This document shows positions 12,633-25,492 of a DNA stretch of 35,605 nt, one piece after another. The DNA is from Ministeria vibrans ATCC 50519 (lineage: Eukaryota; Protista; Filasterea), in assembly GCA_943704425.1 (NCBI GenBank), contig CALSCP010000519.1, positions 1 to 35,605 on the forward strand, read 5' to 3'. The position numbers and the translations under genes were made by a program. The notes below the pieces were generated by a model that saw only the letters and a program-made list of their open reading frames with translations, ran no database searches and was not told the DNA's origin. The number at the start of each line of letters is the position of its first letter. Position 1 is the first letter of the stretch.

Positions 12633-14183
12633 ATGGAGCATTTCCCTCCCTTTTACTTCCCTCCCGCCACGTGTACCCACGATGTCTGTCGCGAAGGGCT
12701 TTTGCGCGCCGGCCCTCACGCCTTTGATGTTTGCGTACGAGCCGGGCATCAGAGGCGCGTTGATTGTCGCCCTTCTCACACTTGCCGTCTGGCGCCTGGG
12801 CTGTCCTCTCTGTAGGTGTTGTGCCCCATGCACCAGCCGTTTATGCGCCGTCCCGACGGCCGTCTGTGTGCGTTTGCGTGTGCTTTGGGCTTTCACACCA
12901 CTACCGTTCCCATCTTCTTTTCCGTGCTCGCCGGGCAGCAGTCTCAGCGTCTCAGGAAGGGCGCCGGCATGCCCTTGGTCCGGCTCTTGAAGCGCCACGA
13001 CTGGAACTCGCCGACGATGCGCCCCACGGCGCCGCCAGTGTGTGCCGTGAACGAGGCCAAATCGCCGGACACAAAGTTCCTTATGAGTCGTTTCGTCACG
13101 GCCGCTCATCTCTCGGGGCCGCTCGCCCACAACTCCACCATTATTACTCTGTATCTCTTTAACGACGGCCTGCAGGATTCCGTCGAGCGCTGTACCGTCG
13201 CCCAATGGCACACCAAATACCACTACCCGCCAAGTGATCTGCTAGCCGTACAGTATGCCCAAGGCAACTGCATGTGTCGCATGGTCTTGCAGCTTACCAC
13301 ACACTTCCAAGGCACCGGCGTGTCCGAGTACCGTTCAGTACGCATCGGCGATTCCCAGGTGGCGTCGCTCGTTAGCAACCCCTCGTCTGGGGTTCTCCCC
13401 CCACTCAGCGCCACACCCCAACCAGTGTCCATTACCAAGAAGCGCGTCGACACACCCCGTAGCGGCATCCTCGCCTCCTTTTCCACGTCGGCCGTCGACA
13501 CATCGGGTATTCAAATCGGCTCTCCCGTTCCTTCACAGGCGTTCTCTTCCCAGGCCACCCGTCGAGCAGCACCTGCAGACGGCGCGCCACTACCCCCGCT
13601 CAAGAAATCACGACGCTCACGCAAAGACATTGACTACTCCGATTACGGTGATGGGGGCGAGGACGATGAAGACGATGAGGACGAGCGTGCTCGCATCCAA
13701 ATTGCCATTGCAGCCTCACTAGGTCGTCGCTCGCGTGGCACTCCACCCGTCGACCCTCCCAACCCCAAATTGTCTCGCCCTCGCTCCGCCAGTGCTTCCC
13801 GTGTCTCCTCCGTTCCTTCCTCTCCCCCTTCCGCTGCTAGCAGCATCAACACTACTACCACCACCGCCACCATTACCACCACCACTCCTCACCACCAAGC
13901 GCCTTCCTCTATACCTGCGCCGCACAGCGCTCCTCCGACCGTCTCTACTCCTCCTCACTTTCCCAGCGAGAGCGCTCCCTCCCGCATCACACACATGCTC
14001 TCGTCCATTGCGAACATTGATGCAGAGCTCTGCGATACTCAACTCCGCTTGCGCAACGCGGAGTCGTCGCTTGACACGTTTCTTACCAAGCTCGAGCGAA
14101 TCCGCGATAAAATCTGGCGGAAGCAGGGAATGCGCGATCTCATCGTCGAAGAGCATCTGGATGCAGTCCCAGCGCGCTCATAA
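12633..14183 (+). CDS. Uncharacterised protein B (about 489 aa), paralogue of A: Cys/His-rich domain, NLS-like and UIM-like motifs, coiled coil
   Basis: Exon 12633-12734 (alternative donor at 12729), intron to 12815 (TGTAG), exon 12816-14183. Motifs: CTHDVCRE, LCPMHQPF, RLCAFAC, RFVTAAHLSGP, STIITLYLF, CTVAQW, CMC; PPLKKSRRSRK; EDDEDERARIQIAIAASLG; IANIDAELCDTQLRLRNAE. Confidence 0.8.
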
Positions 14184-14312
14184 TGAGAAAGAGGGAAAAT
14201 ACGTGCACTTAGAGCAAGGGAGAGCGATAAACCCTTGTGGTTTGTTCTATATACTTATACACCATCAATCATGATCCAATTGTAAACTGAAACCACTCTA
14301 CTTTCTTTTTAC

Positions 14313-14398
14313 GTCGTGTTTATCCGTTGGTTGCAATTCATACTTAAAATGAAACCTTGTTTATGTCGTGTTTATCCGTTGGTTGTAATTCATACTTA
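14313..14398. repeat. Near-perfect 34-bp direct repeat (52-bp period) in the convergent 3' region
   Basis: gtcgtgtttatccgttggttg(c/t)aattcatactta at 14313 and 14365. Confidence 0.9.
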
Positions 14399-14420
14399 TA
14401 GTACACTATCCATACAATTA

Positions 14421-17400
14421 TTATTGAAAGTCGGCGTCGACCGCGGTTGCGTCGGCCGACAGGGTCACCTTAAGCTGCACGACCGAGTGCTGTTGATAGC
14501 ACTTCTCAATGTAGGGCAGAAACAGGGAGATGGCGCCGCGCGCAGGCAGCAGCGTGAGGAATTGCTGTGGGGGCATGCGCGTCGAGAGAAAGTCGATGAT
14601 GGCAAGATAGGCGTGGGTGCAGACAACGAGACGCTCGGGCGAGGGCGGCGCACGCTTCTTGTCCTGCGCTTCGGGGGTCACCGCTAGCTCCGCTTCCGTC
14701 TCGAGTGCCATTTCGTTGGCGTGGATCTCGTCACCGAGCGTGTCCAAACACAGTGCCCAGTCGTCGCGCGTGCCGCAGACTGTGCGTGAAAAACTCAACA
14801 GAATGTGTGGCGAGTGCTTTATGAGCAGCTCAAAGGCGTTGCGGAGACGACCGACGCGCGAGAGGCAAAGCAGAAGGAGCGCAAGACGCCCCGCAAAGTC
14901 ACACTCGTCGTCGACTGTATCGCCAGCACTGTCTGTGACACACGCAAGAATGTCGGCAAACGTGTCGGGCGTGAGCAGTGCAGAGGTATCGCAGAGAAGT
15001 GCCAGCAAACGGACAATGGGCGCGTGATCAATGGAAATCTTGGACGAGGGCGTGCCGGAGGTGGCGAGTACGCCAATGGACGAACGTGCTCGAGACGACG
15101 ACGCCGCCGACGATGATGATGATGATGATGACGACGACGGAGGAGGTGCACCCGTGCGGCTTCTGCTGCTGCCGGTGGTCTCGTGGAGGGCACGAAAGGG
15201 CGGCAGTTCAAAGATCCAGTCGTGCAAGAGAGACGCACGCGGACTCAGCAGAGAGGCAACGGTGACACGTGCCGGACGCGACGATGCCGACGAGGTCGAT
15301 GTGGCACTGCCATGAAGACCAAGATAGACACGTGCAAGCTCACGCGAGACGTGGTTTGCGGCGGAGACGTCCGAAGGGTCGACACACGGAAAAAGTGAGT
15401 CGAGCACACCTTCAAGGTAGCGTTGTTGCAACGCCAGCGACCGATGGGGCTCGGAGAAGGCGGTACGCAATGAGGTAAGAGCAACGGTGAGGGGCAGACG
15501 AGGTCCATGTAGCGCAACGAAGGTGCACAAGAGCGCCTCGGGCCATGTCTCGAGGACCATTGCGGTGAAGATGCGCACACGGTTGGGCCAGCGCGAGTCC
15601 TCTTCGACGGAACGTTCGACGGGCAGGTACAACAGGTGGGGCAGACTTAGGAGACGCTCCATGACAAGCTCCTTGGTGAGCGACCTGAGACGTTCGCGAG
15701 CCTCGTCAAGACGCTCCGAGTCAATGAGGAGCAGGACAGCCGCGAGTGTGTCGAGGACACAGTCGTCAAAGGGCCCCCCAGCGTTGCCATTGCTGGTTGA
15801 CGGGAGAGTGATGTGCGCCGACGACGCCAATGGCGCTGACAACCTTCCATCGGCGGGCGTTTGGTAGTGATGGAAGCTTGTGTCGTAGGTGTGTTCGGCG
15901 AGACGCGTTTCGAGGAAGCGTAGAGCCGTAGAGGGCGAATAGCAGATGATGCGGGCGTCGAGGACGACGTGTGCGACGTTGACGGGGCGATGGTGAATGC
16001 ACAGACGCAGAATGCTGTCGATGAGGGGACCTGTGTCAAGGCCGAGCAAGAGCGACGACGCGGATAGCACTGGGTGGTCCTGGTAGAGCAGGTGCTTGAG
16101 AAAGTCAAGGACGGCAACCGACACGGCCACACTCGCTGTGTCCAACAGCGCCACAATGGTATCGGCGCTTTCCTCCTTGGCGCGTTCCAAACTGAGTCCG
16201 TGTAGTAGACCAATGGCACACAGCTGAGACACATTGGACTCGGCGAGGTAGCGTGCAGCTCGCGAGAGATCGCGCAGATCAGGCTCGAGGCAGTGCATAG
16301 CCAAGAGAGAGGCAGTGGAGTGCAGCAGCGAGAGGTGGACATCGCGGCGACATACGCTCTTGGTGGTGGTAGTGGTGGTGCTAGAGAGTGCACCGGCCAG
16401 GATTGCGCCGTTCTCGTCGACTTGTACTGTGATCATCGCTTTGTTGTAGGCGACGTCGGGGGTCGCCAGCGCGTTCACGAGCAGTGTATACGCCTCGAGT
16501 AGAAGCTGCTCGTAGACTAGGCGATTGCTTTCGCGATGACTTTCAGCCGTGCTCAGCATCTCGGCGTGTAGTTCGTGCAAGGGTGTCGGCACGAGTACAT
16601 AGATGTTCCAGCAGGCAGAAGGAACACCAAAGCCAAGTGCGCGCTTGCGACGTTGCTTCGGCGTGCTACCCGCGAGTGGAGCCACCGACGCATTGGTTGT
16701 GTTGAGGGCACTGGACAAATCGCTGCCGCCCGTGAAGTCGTCGGGGAGCATTGTAAAGGCACGCGAGCGGGGTGTCTTGACGACCAGCGGCGACTCGACG
16801 TGAACATAGTCGTCGTCATAGAGACGACTGTCGTCGTCGTCATCTGCGCTGGCGTCATTGTCGACGTCGACGTCGTCGTCGTCGTTGTAGGGGGCGGTAA
16901 AGCCACCGAGAGAAGATACGTCACTACGAGCAGTGATGGTGGAGAGGTCGAGGGCAGAGATGGAAGTAGCGGCGCGAGGGCGGGATGACGAGAGAGCCGA
17001 ACGACGCGGAGTGCTGCTCGGGTTGCGACGGCGCGGCGGGGAGGACATGTTATGCTGAGGCGCTGGCTGAACACTGAGCAGGGCAACGATGCTATCGGTG
17101 ACGGAAATGCGGGTAAGGTTGAAAAAGGGCTGCTTGCCCATGAGACAGACGTCGGGCAAATTGATGGGTTTGGTGACGGAGGAGGAGGCGGAGGCGTGGA
17201 CGAGGTCGCTCAGGGAGCGCATGGTGTACGCCTCGAGACCGCCCGTGCTGATGCCGTGGGCGGCAAGCAGGCCCGCCGTGGCCGCGAAAAAAAAATAGCG
17301 GTTGGCGACGGCGTGCACGGCGGACGCCATAAAGAGATAGGAGCCAAGACGCACGGCGGCTGAGACGTCGTACGCAAAGGCCTCGTTGGCCCGGGTGAAG

Positions 17401-18423
17401 TGCAGGCGAACGCCCTCGTGGCCAATGCCGTGGCGCGTGAGCGGGTTGGCTGCGTCGGCATTGCTGGTGCGGAAGCGCGTTGTAGAGCGCGACGGCAGAC
17501 ACGGCGTGAACTGCAGTGAATGGATGGAGTCGTCGGTGGCAAAGGAGCGCGAGAGCATTGCGTCGCAAGCACCCACACGCACTCCTGTCGAGCAGTTGAC
17601 AGTGAATTCGGAAGCCGGAATGGGGCCTAGCCGCTCGCCCGCGAGCAGTTTCTGACCCGTGTGCGAGTGGCGCGCGCCATGTTGATTCTGAGCGGACGGG
17701 TCGCGGTCGGGATACCATTCACTGGTGGAGCGCGTTGAGGGGTCGCCGTGCAGACCCGGAATGGTTACAAACTCACTGGTGGCATTGAGTTCGTGAGCAC
17801 CCGTCTCAAAATTGAGTGCGACAAAGAGCGGGTCGCGACCCGCTTCGGTGGGTCGATCGGAGTAACACGACTCGTCAATTTCCATGGGCGCATCCTCAAA
17901 CATGTCGCAAAGGTCGACAGCGGCGCCTGCCGTGCCCCCTCCTCCCGCCGCGCCGCCACTGTCGGGTGCCTTGGTGGACAGCGACGACGCCGACATTGAC
18001 ACATTGTTTGACGACGAAGCAGTGAGGGTGTAGGGAGAGAAGCGAGCGGCGAGAACCGCCTGTCGACTATGGCCACCACGGCTGTTGTGATTGCCGGTGT
18101 TGCTTGCGTAGGGTGTGGAGGTGGACGCACTGCGCGCCGTGGTCGACGCGGCGATGCGGAGCACGCGAACGTCACTTTCGGCGAGCACCAGTGCGACATA
18201 GCAACCGCAAATGGCAACGTCTGTAATGGCACGCGGCGCACCAATGTCAAAGGCACGCGCCAGACCAAAGAGACCCGTTCGACGACTGCGTCGCACCACA
18301 AAGACCACAATGCCCTTGCCGGCTGCCAGCGCCACATGACCATGCAAGGGGCACACATTCATGGCAACGACAGAGCCGCCAGCAGGCAACTCAGCCACAC
18401 CGAGTTGCTCGTCGGGAACGCAG

Positions 18424-18454
<31 letters not shown>

Positions 18455-19097
18455 TGCGGTGGTCATCAGCATGCTCAGGTTCCTTCCTTCCATTGACCAA
18501 AGGTACGCCGTCGTGCGACTCCGTTGCGCCGACTTGAGCGTCGCCAGCGTTGCCGTGCATGTCATTGTCGGAGCGGTTGTGCGAGAAGGAGGGGCGCTTG
18601 ACAAGGGAGAAGCCATCGTCGTGGATGTCGTGGATTTCCGACGCATTGAAGTGGTACTTTTCGTCAAGCGCCGAATCGCTGCGCCCCTCACGATTCCCGC
18701 CCGGTATCGAGACACTGGAGGAGGTAGCAACACCCCCTGGGCGACTGTGAGAGGCGCTGGCCCGGCAGAGCGGGCGCCAGTTTGTGTAGAGACGAGCGGC
18801 GCCGTCTTGGAGCGTCAGAATGGCGTCCAGTTGTGCGACGTAGAGCACTTTGGTGGCGACCGTGCCGACACGGGGGGCAAGGGGCAAGACGCGAAAGCGT
18901 GAGATGAGCTCGGGGGCGGGGCCGTGCGGGGCGCTGGGCGCGTCTACGACGGCGTACACGGCAACATGGCCGTCGTTGGTCGCGACAAAAAGCATTCCCG
19001 AATGCGCATGGATGTCCGTCGGAATCGTCCCGGGATCGCCCGGTAACGACACCAGTCGTTCGCCTGAGAACAGCGAGTGCGGTAGTACGCGAACCAT
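14421..19097 (-). CDS. HPS3: BLOC-2 complex subunit HPS3 homologue, intronless, expanded by low-complexity inserts
   Basis: 1558-aa ORF. N-terminus MVRVLPHSLFSGERLVSLPGDP resembles the HPS3 start (MVQLY..H.F..Q.VV). Contains GLEAYTMR and P(D)VCLMG. C-terminal FLTLLPARGAISLFLPYI matches the HPS3 C-terminal FL.LLP.DG...FFLPYL pattern. Confidence 0.8.
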
Positions 19098-19446
19098 GCG
19101 AATATTTTTGGCTAAAATTTCAATTTTGTATTCAAAGTATTCCGCTGTTATTCATTCGGCAAGAGCTACACACACACACACACACACACGCACACACACA
19201 CACGCACGCACGCACGCACGGCTCGTACATACAATCGCCTCACTACTACTTTGCCCTTCCACTGACCCTTTTTTGATACTATTCGTCATAATTTTTCATT
19301 TTGTTGAAACAACAAAAGTCAAAACAAAATTAATAAACAAATTCAGAGTGAGCGCGACTGTGCGAGAGAGCAACAAAAGGTATGATGTATTGATAAATAG
19401 TATAGTGTAATGATGTCGAAATGTATAGATAAGGTACACACTCAAG

Positions 19447-22400
19447 TCAGACGTAGTAGGAGGGAGAAATGAGAAGGTCCGTGATGACCCCCAGCTGGTC
19501 GTCGGTGAAGAGCAGCTTGTGCTTGTAGTGCCACTCATCTTGGTGCGTGCGCCAGAACTCGGCGTGTGCCTTCTTGGCCGTCGAACGAATTGGCTCCGGG
19601 TCGGACAGGTAGTCACCAAGGTCCACAAGCATTTGGGGCATCCATTCGGGTACGGAGTAAGGGTACGCTTGAACGAGGCAGGCCATGCCGAGCACACCAG
19701 CGAGACGCGTGCGCTTTGCCGTAACCATTTGTGCCTGTTTCTCTTCGCTGAGCGGTGGAGGGACCGCAGCCAACGTCGCATTCTGTGATTGCTGTTGGGT
19801 GCGTCGTCGACGAGGCAACTTGAATAGCGGTGTGGCGGCCAGTTGGCGAAAGCGCTCTTCGATGTGGTAGTCGCAGACAGGCAATGCACCGCAGCGCACA
19901 AGCCCCGAGAAGGTGGCGGCGGCGAGTTGCTGAACCTCAAGCTGCGGGTCGAGAAGAGCCTGGTAGAGCACGGCGACGAGGGTGTCAAGGTGTGCGCGGG
20001 TGAGGCGGAACAGGTTGCGGAAGACAAACCCTTGAAGGAAGTGCAATATGGCAACTTTGGTGCGCCAGGCATCGCCCGCAACAACCGTCTCAATGACGCC
20101 GACAAAGTAGTCGAGGTAGGTGACGGGCAGACGCATGTGCGAGATGAGGGAGAGCGTGTAGCGCAGCAGCGCTTGTAGGTCTTCGTCGCGCGCAAACTCG
20201 TACATACGGAAGAAAAGAGGCAGAATCTTGCTGATGTAGGGAAGACAAGTGAGACCCGCTCCGCCATGGAACGAATTAATGAGCCAATTGAGGACCGTCT
20301 TGGCCACACGTACGCTCGGCTGGTCCACCGACGTGCCTAGCACAACCGCATTGGGTGCTGTGGCGGGTGCATCGGAGCTGTCGTTATCGTCGTCGTCCGC
20401 CCTCGTGTCCATGGAGTCATCACCACCATCTGCTGTTGTTGTTGTTGTTGCGGCGGCGGCGGCGGCGGTGGTGGTGGTGGCGGTGGTTGGCTGACGGAGA
20501 CGTTCAAGGTCTTGCTCGAGCAGAGTAGCCCATTGAGCGACCACGGCGTCAACAAAGGCGTGCAAGGGTGCGAGGCCCTCCGGCTGGTCAGGATCCCAGA
20601 GCGAACGAAACACGGTGAAGATGGTGACACCGACAGACTCGCGCACAAGCTTGTACGGATGATCGAGTGCAGCGAGCATTTCGTTGAGAGTGTGAAGGGA
20701 CGGCTCGAGGCCGCGCCACGAGAGCTCGCCTAAGATGGTCTGAATGAAGTTGAGACGCGTGCAGATGGTGAAGGAGGGCAGTTGCCAGTCAAGTGGTTGG
20801 TGGACAAGGAAGCGAATGAGCCAGGTGAGACGCTTGGGGTCACGGTCGTACACACAGTTGCGTACAAGGGTGCTCCAGCTTGCGAGTGTCTCGTTGCTGG
20901 CACTCTCAAAGGCATTCTGCAGCAATGGCGTGAGGAAGGTCCAAAGACGCTGTTGTGCGCCGAAAGGCCAGTGTTTGCTGCCACGCACCAGTCCCGAGAC
21001 GACTTCGGAGGCAAGGCGTTGGCTCCAGCGGTCGGTGCGTGGCGCACATAGACGCACAATGGAGGGACGGAAGGCGTCGAAAGCTGCTTCGCCAAAGCTC
21101 GCAAAGACCCCCTTGAACATTTGTACAATGTCCGTGTCCGCGTCGTCCTGCGACGCGTCCTTCTCCTGATCCATGTATGCCAGAACGCGCTCCACATACG
21201 CCTGCGAGGTCCACGCCTCGCGCAACACTTCGCGAATCTCGTCGTAGTTGCGCGAGTCCTTGGAAGAAAAGCCACCAGGCAGATCGCCGTCAGCCATGTT
21301 GGCGTACGAGTAAGCAACGGCGCGCGGCAACACACGGTGCTTCCACCCGGCGTAGTTCTTGTCAAAGAACAGCGCTGTATTCCACTCGTCTTCACTCTGC
21401 GGAGCGGGCACAGCGTCCGCCACGTTCCACAAGCGTCGCTCACCGGTGGTGTCGTCAAGGCGCGCGGTCATGGTGTCGATGGTGACCGTGCCCGATGGCA
21501 ACTTGGGCGAGCGGGTCTTTTGCAGAAGAAGCAAGGTGGAAACGGTGCTGAGAGCAAGCTGGCGCATGGGGCGCGAGTCGTCGTAGAAAGCGTTCAGGCC
21601 AAGGCGGGCGATGCTCGGATGAATTGAGTGATCGTTACGAATGAGCTGAATGATGTGCGCAAAACAGATCATTTCGTAGCGCCAATGGAGTTTTTCGCTG
21701 CGCAAAAAGGCAAGCGTCGAGTCGACGGCGCGCGTGTATGTGGCATCGTTGGCGGCAACGAGGCTGCGGACGCGCTCTTGAACTTGCTCGGGCGTGTCAC
21801 TTAGCGCGCCAATGGGCGGGGGGTAGGCACAGGGGTTTGCAGCGAGCCAAGCGCTGACGGTGGCGCAGAAGGTGGCGCCGCGCTGCATGACGGCCTCGGA
21901 GATGTCGGCACGAATGGGCACGTACGTCACATTGCTGATGACCGAACTGACCTTTTGCACAAGGTCCTGTACCGACAGCTTGTCGATTCGCTGCAAGGCA
22001 ATAAGACGGGGCAGCACGCCGTCGCACGACGCCCACATGACTCCAATGTAGTAGAGGGGCAGTATGTCGCGCAGCACAAAAAGAGCGCCTTTCACCGTGT
22101 TGTGTGTCTCCTCGTCGATGGCCACGAGTGATTGAGCTTGTTCGGGCGCCGCACTGTCCTGTAACGTGTCCATCTCCATTGCAGTCGTGTCCGATCCACC
22201 GACGGCGGCAATACCGTCGTCCGCGAGTTTCACGGCACTTGTGGGCTGGTTGATTTTGTCGATGACACGATCGAGTACGTTGAGTGTGCTTGTAACGGTC
22301 ACCTGACGCGACTCCGAGTTGATACTATTCACCTTTTGGAGAGTTTTTTGGGCGCGCGAGCGGACGCGCGCATAGTTGCTGGTGGAGAGACCAATGAGAA

Positions 22401-25400
22401 GAGCGACCGTGCGGTGCATGAGGGGCGTGTAGGAGCCAGTGATGAGGTTCTTGCCGAGGCGCATGTTGTGCTGGGCGTAGGTGCGAATGACAAGAACGGG
22501 ACGCGGCAGATTCTTGTCGGGATCGGTGGTGACACGCAGCGTTGCCTTGTCGCTCTGATACGCACTGGCAAGGGTCGAATCGGACACACGCACACCATTG
22601 TACGTAATGAGGTTCTGGAGGGTTTTCACGGCGAGACGCATTGTGCGCGTCTCGTCCTCGTGGTGACGCAACAGCCAGTCGGTGAAGTCGATGAGCGCCT
22701 CGTGCATGCGTGCCTTGACGCCCAACAAGTAGGCGGACGCAAACACGGGGTTTTCGGCGTCGGGAACGGTGACAAAGCGGGGTGGAACAAGAGAATCGAC
22801 AGACGAGGTGGGGCTCAAGACGGCGTCTACACCCGGGGCAGTGTGTGGGAGACTGGCCGCAACACCACGAATGCAGTTGAACATGATGAGAAGCTGATGC
22901 GACATGCCGACCACATCGGCGGCTGCGTCGCTGCTCGTGTCCCTTGGGGAGTTGTCTGATGATGTGGTCGTGTGATAGTGAGCGAGTGATGTAAGTGCGG
23001 GTTCGAGGAATGTGTGCAAGAGAGACTCGGCAGCGGCAACGTCGGCGACGGAAGGAACGTGCCAGCGGATGTGGAGGTTGTCGCGGTCGCCGGGGGACGA
23101 CCAGGAGGCAAAGAGACGCGCGGGATCCGACCAGATGTCATCCACTTGGTTGTCGGGCACGGTGCGCGACTCGAGAGGGTATATGTTGAGCAGGGCACGC
23201 AAGAGGTTGCGAACAATTTTGCCAGCAAGTTTGACAAGAGCACGGCTCTTGGGTTCGTAGCGGACGCACAGCGCAACGACCTCGGTAATGCGCGGCACGT
23301 ACTCGAGCACTGCATCGCCGGCGTTCTTGATGCACTGGCCAATCATGCGAAGGGGCCAGACGAGGTCGTTGTCGGGAAGTCCGTCGGCGGCGACGCCCTC
23401 GTGGTTGGCCAGCAGGTTGACGACGGCATCGAGGTGGGGTGGCAGCATGAGTGCCATGGCCTGAGCGGGACGGGCGCGCGCCACGGCCGCACACAGTTGA
23501 CCACACAGTTTGAGTGAGTTGACACGGAGCGACGAAAAGAACTTTTGGTGGACGTGCCGCAGCGCTTCGGTGTAGAGCGTGGGAGAGAGCTGCATGAAGA
23601 GCTGCTCGAAGAAGACGGTGAGGCGACGCGCTACATTGGACTCGACAGACCAGACGGCAATGCGTTTTCCGGCGGCATTAAAACGCACGCCCACGCTGCC
23701 ACTACCGGCCCCGGCGCCGTGTGCATCGGTAAGGGCGCCCAGAGGACGCGAGCGGTTTTCGCTTGGCTGAAACTCAATGAGGGTGAAGATACGCTGGAGC
23801 AAGAGGGCGAGCCAATCGTCAAAGTGGGCGGTGGAGCGGCATGTTTCGCGAGCCGCCTCGGTGGGCTGCTGTGAGGCGGCCGCCGAGCAATCTGCAATGG
23901 GAATGCATTGGACAAGGGTGTGGAGGAGGCGTAGCGTCGTTGTCGTCTTGCTGGGGTCGTTGGCATCGATGCCCGGCAGAATGAGATGGAGGAGGGGCAG
24001 GAGATGAGGCGACGGGGCGGCGGTGAGCGGTCGCATGAGCATGGTGAGGGCGGCAATCGCCGAGCCTGTCGTGTTCGTGTCGGTGAGCGTTTCAAGGGCC
24101 GGGTAGACGCGGTCGAGGACAAGGGGGAGCAGCGAGGAAGGGTCAATGTCGACGAGGACTTTGAGGGCGGAGAGGGCGGACATGACGAGCACTTGGCTCT
24201 TGCCAAAGAGCGACAGTAGGGTCGCCGGCTGGAGGATGTGAACAAAGGCAACGCCGTCGTCGTGAGTGAGACGCTGATCGAGAGGCGCGACTGGATAAGG
24301 TACGGTGTCGCCACGCGTAGCGCGCTTTTCGTTGCAGAGTCGCTTGGCAAAGGCGACGGCCAGACAATGAATGAGGGCGGCGAGTTTGCTTTGCCACTGA
24401 CCCATGTTGCTTGGATGATAGAAGGACTCGATGGACTGGAACATGCGGCGAAGGGGCGCGTCGGGTTGTGCACAGTCACCGGGACGCAACGTGGTGACCA
24501 TGAAGTTGGCCATGTCGCGAATGGGGCGAAAGGCGTTTCGATCGCGCTTGACGAAGACGTCGCAGGTAGGCGGCAAGTGTGTGGAGTGAGGAAGGCCACC
24601 GTTGGAGCCGACGGGCAGACGAAGGACGCCGAGGAAGCGTGAGTAGAGGTCGGGCAAGAGGGGTTGCCAGTCGACGAGTTGGTCGTCGGCGACGGAGGCG
24701 AACGCGAGACGACGGAAGAGTCCCGTGAAGAGCTGGTCCCAGCCGGAGACGTTTTGGATTTCGTTCCAAGTGGTGTACATGGTGCTGAGCCAGAGATGGT
24801 GCGGCTGTTCGGTGCCAGTGGGTAGAAAAGTGCAGAGACAGGCGGCAGCAAAGAAGAAGGAGGTGTCGTGGGGACAGAGCATGGGAAGGAGCTCGTCGAG
24901 CATCTCCTGGGTGGCGGCAGGGCGAAAGAAACGACGGGCGGCGGCCGTGAGGTTGAGGATGAGCGGAATGAAGCTTGGCGGTAGGGTTGATCCATCGCGA
25001 TTCTTCGCCAAGTGATATTCACGAATGAATGAGTAGAGCGGCCGCCAGTCGAGGTAGAATGCGCCTGTGTGCAATATGGATCGTTTTCTAATGCAGCAAG
25101 GGATCATCAGTGGGTGGGCGTGGTGCATGAGGTCAGGGCCGATGCGCTATGTTCTATTTTTTTTTTTTTTTTTTTTTTTATGATTGATTGTACCTCAGAA
25201 ATGAACAGAGGACGGAAGCGGCGGTTGCAGCGGCGCCCACATCGTGGCTTTCCTCTGTGTCGATGACGACCTGGTATAGCAGTGGCACAAGCTCGACGGC
25301 GAGGTCGAGGGGCACCCGATTGACTTTGTGCACTTGCAGGAAGTCGTTGATGCGCCGCAAGTAGAACGACGTGCCCGGCGTGATCTCGCTGAGGGCCAGG

Positions 25401-25492
25401 CACCGCCCAAGACCATGCAAAATGTACGCTAGCCGAGCATTGGCATCCGTTGTGTCGTCGTACGGCAGCGACTGGTCGTGGCGGCGAGACAT
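19447..25492 (-). CDS. PSME4: Proteasome activator PA200/Blm10 (about 1979 aa)
   Basis: Exon 25492-25194, phase-2 intron 25193-25088, exon 25087-19447. Motifs: SLPY, LDWRPLY, IESFYHPSNMGQW, LPGIDANDPSKT, FFDKNYAGW, GLVRGSKHW, AYPYSVPEWMP, EFWRTHQDEW, and C-terminal HbYX tail SPSYYV. Confidence 0.96.

Noticed and set aside
12735-12815. In-frame TAG at 12813-12815 in gene B as possible stop-codon readthrough
   Set aside because: The TAG is the acceptor of an in-frame GT-AG intron, and splicing gives a spacing that matches paralogue A.
23631-25022. 463-aa alternative-frame ORF inside PSME4, plus many antisense ORFs within HPS3, PSME4 and HPD
   Set aside because: These are shadow ORFs expected from GC-rich codon bias; they are S/P/R-rich with no recognisable motifs.
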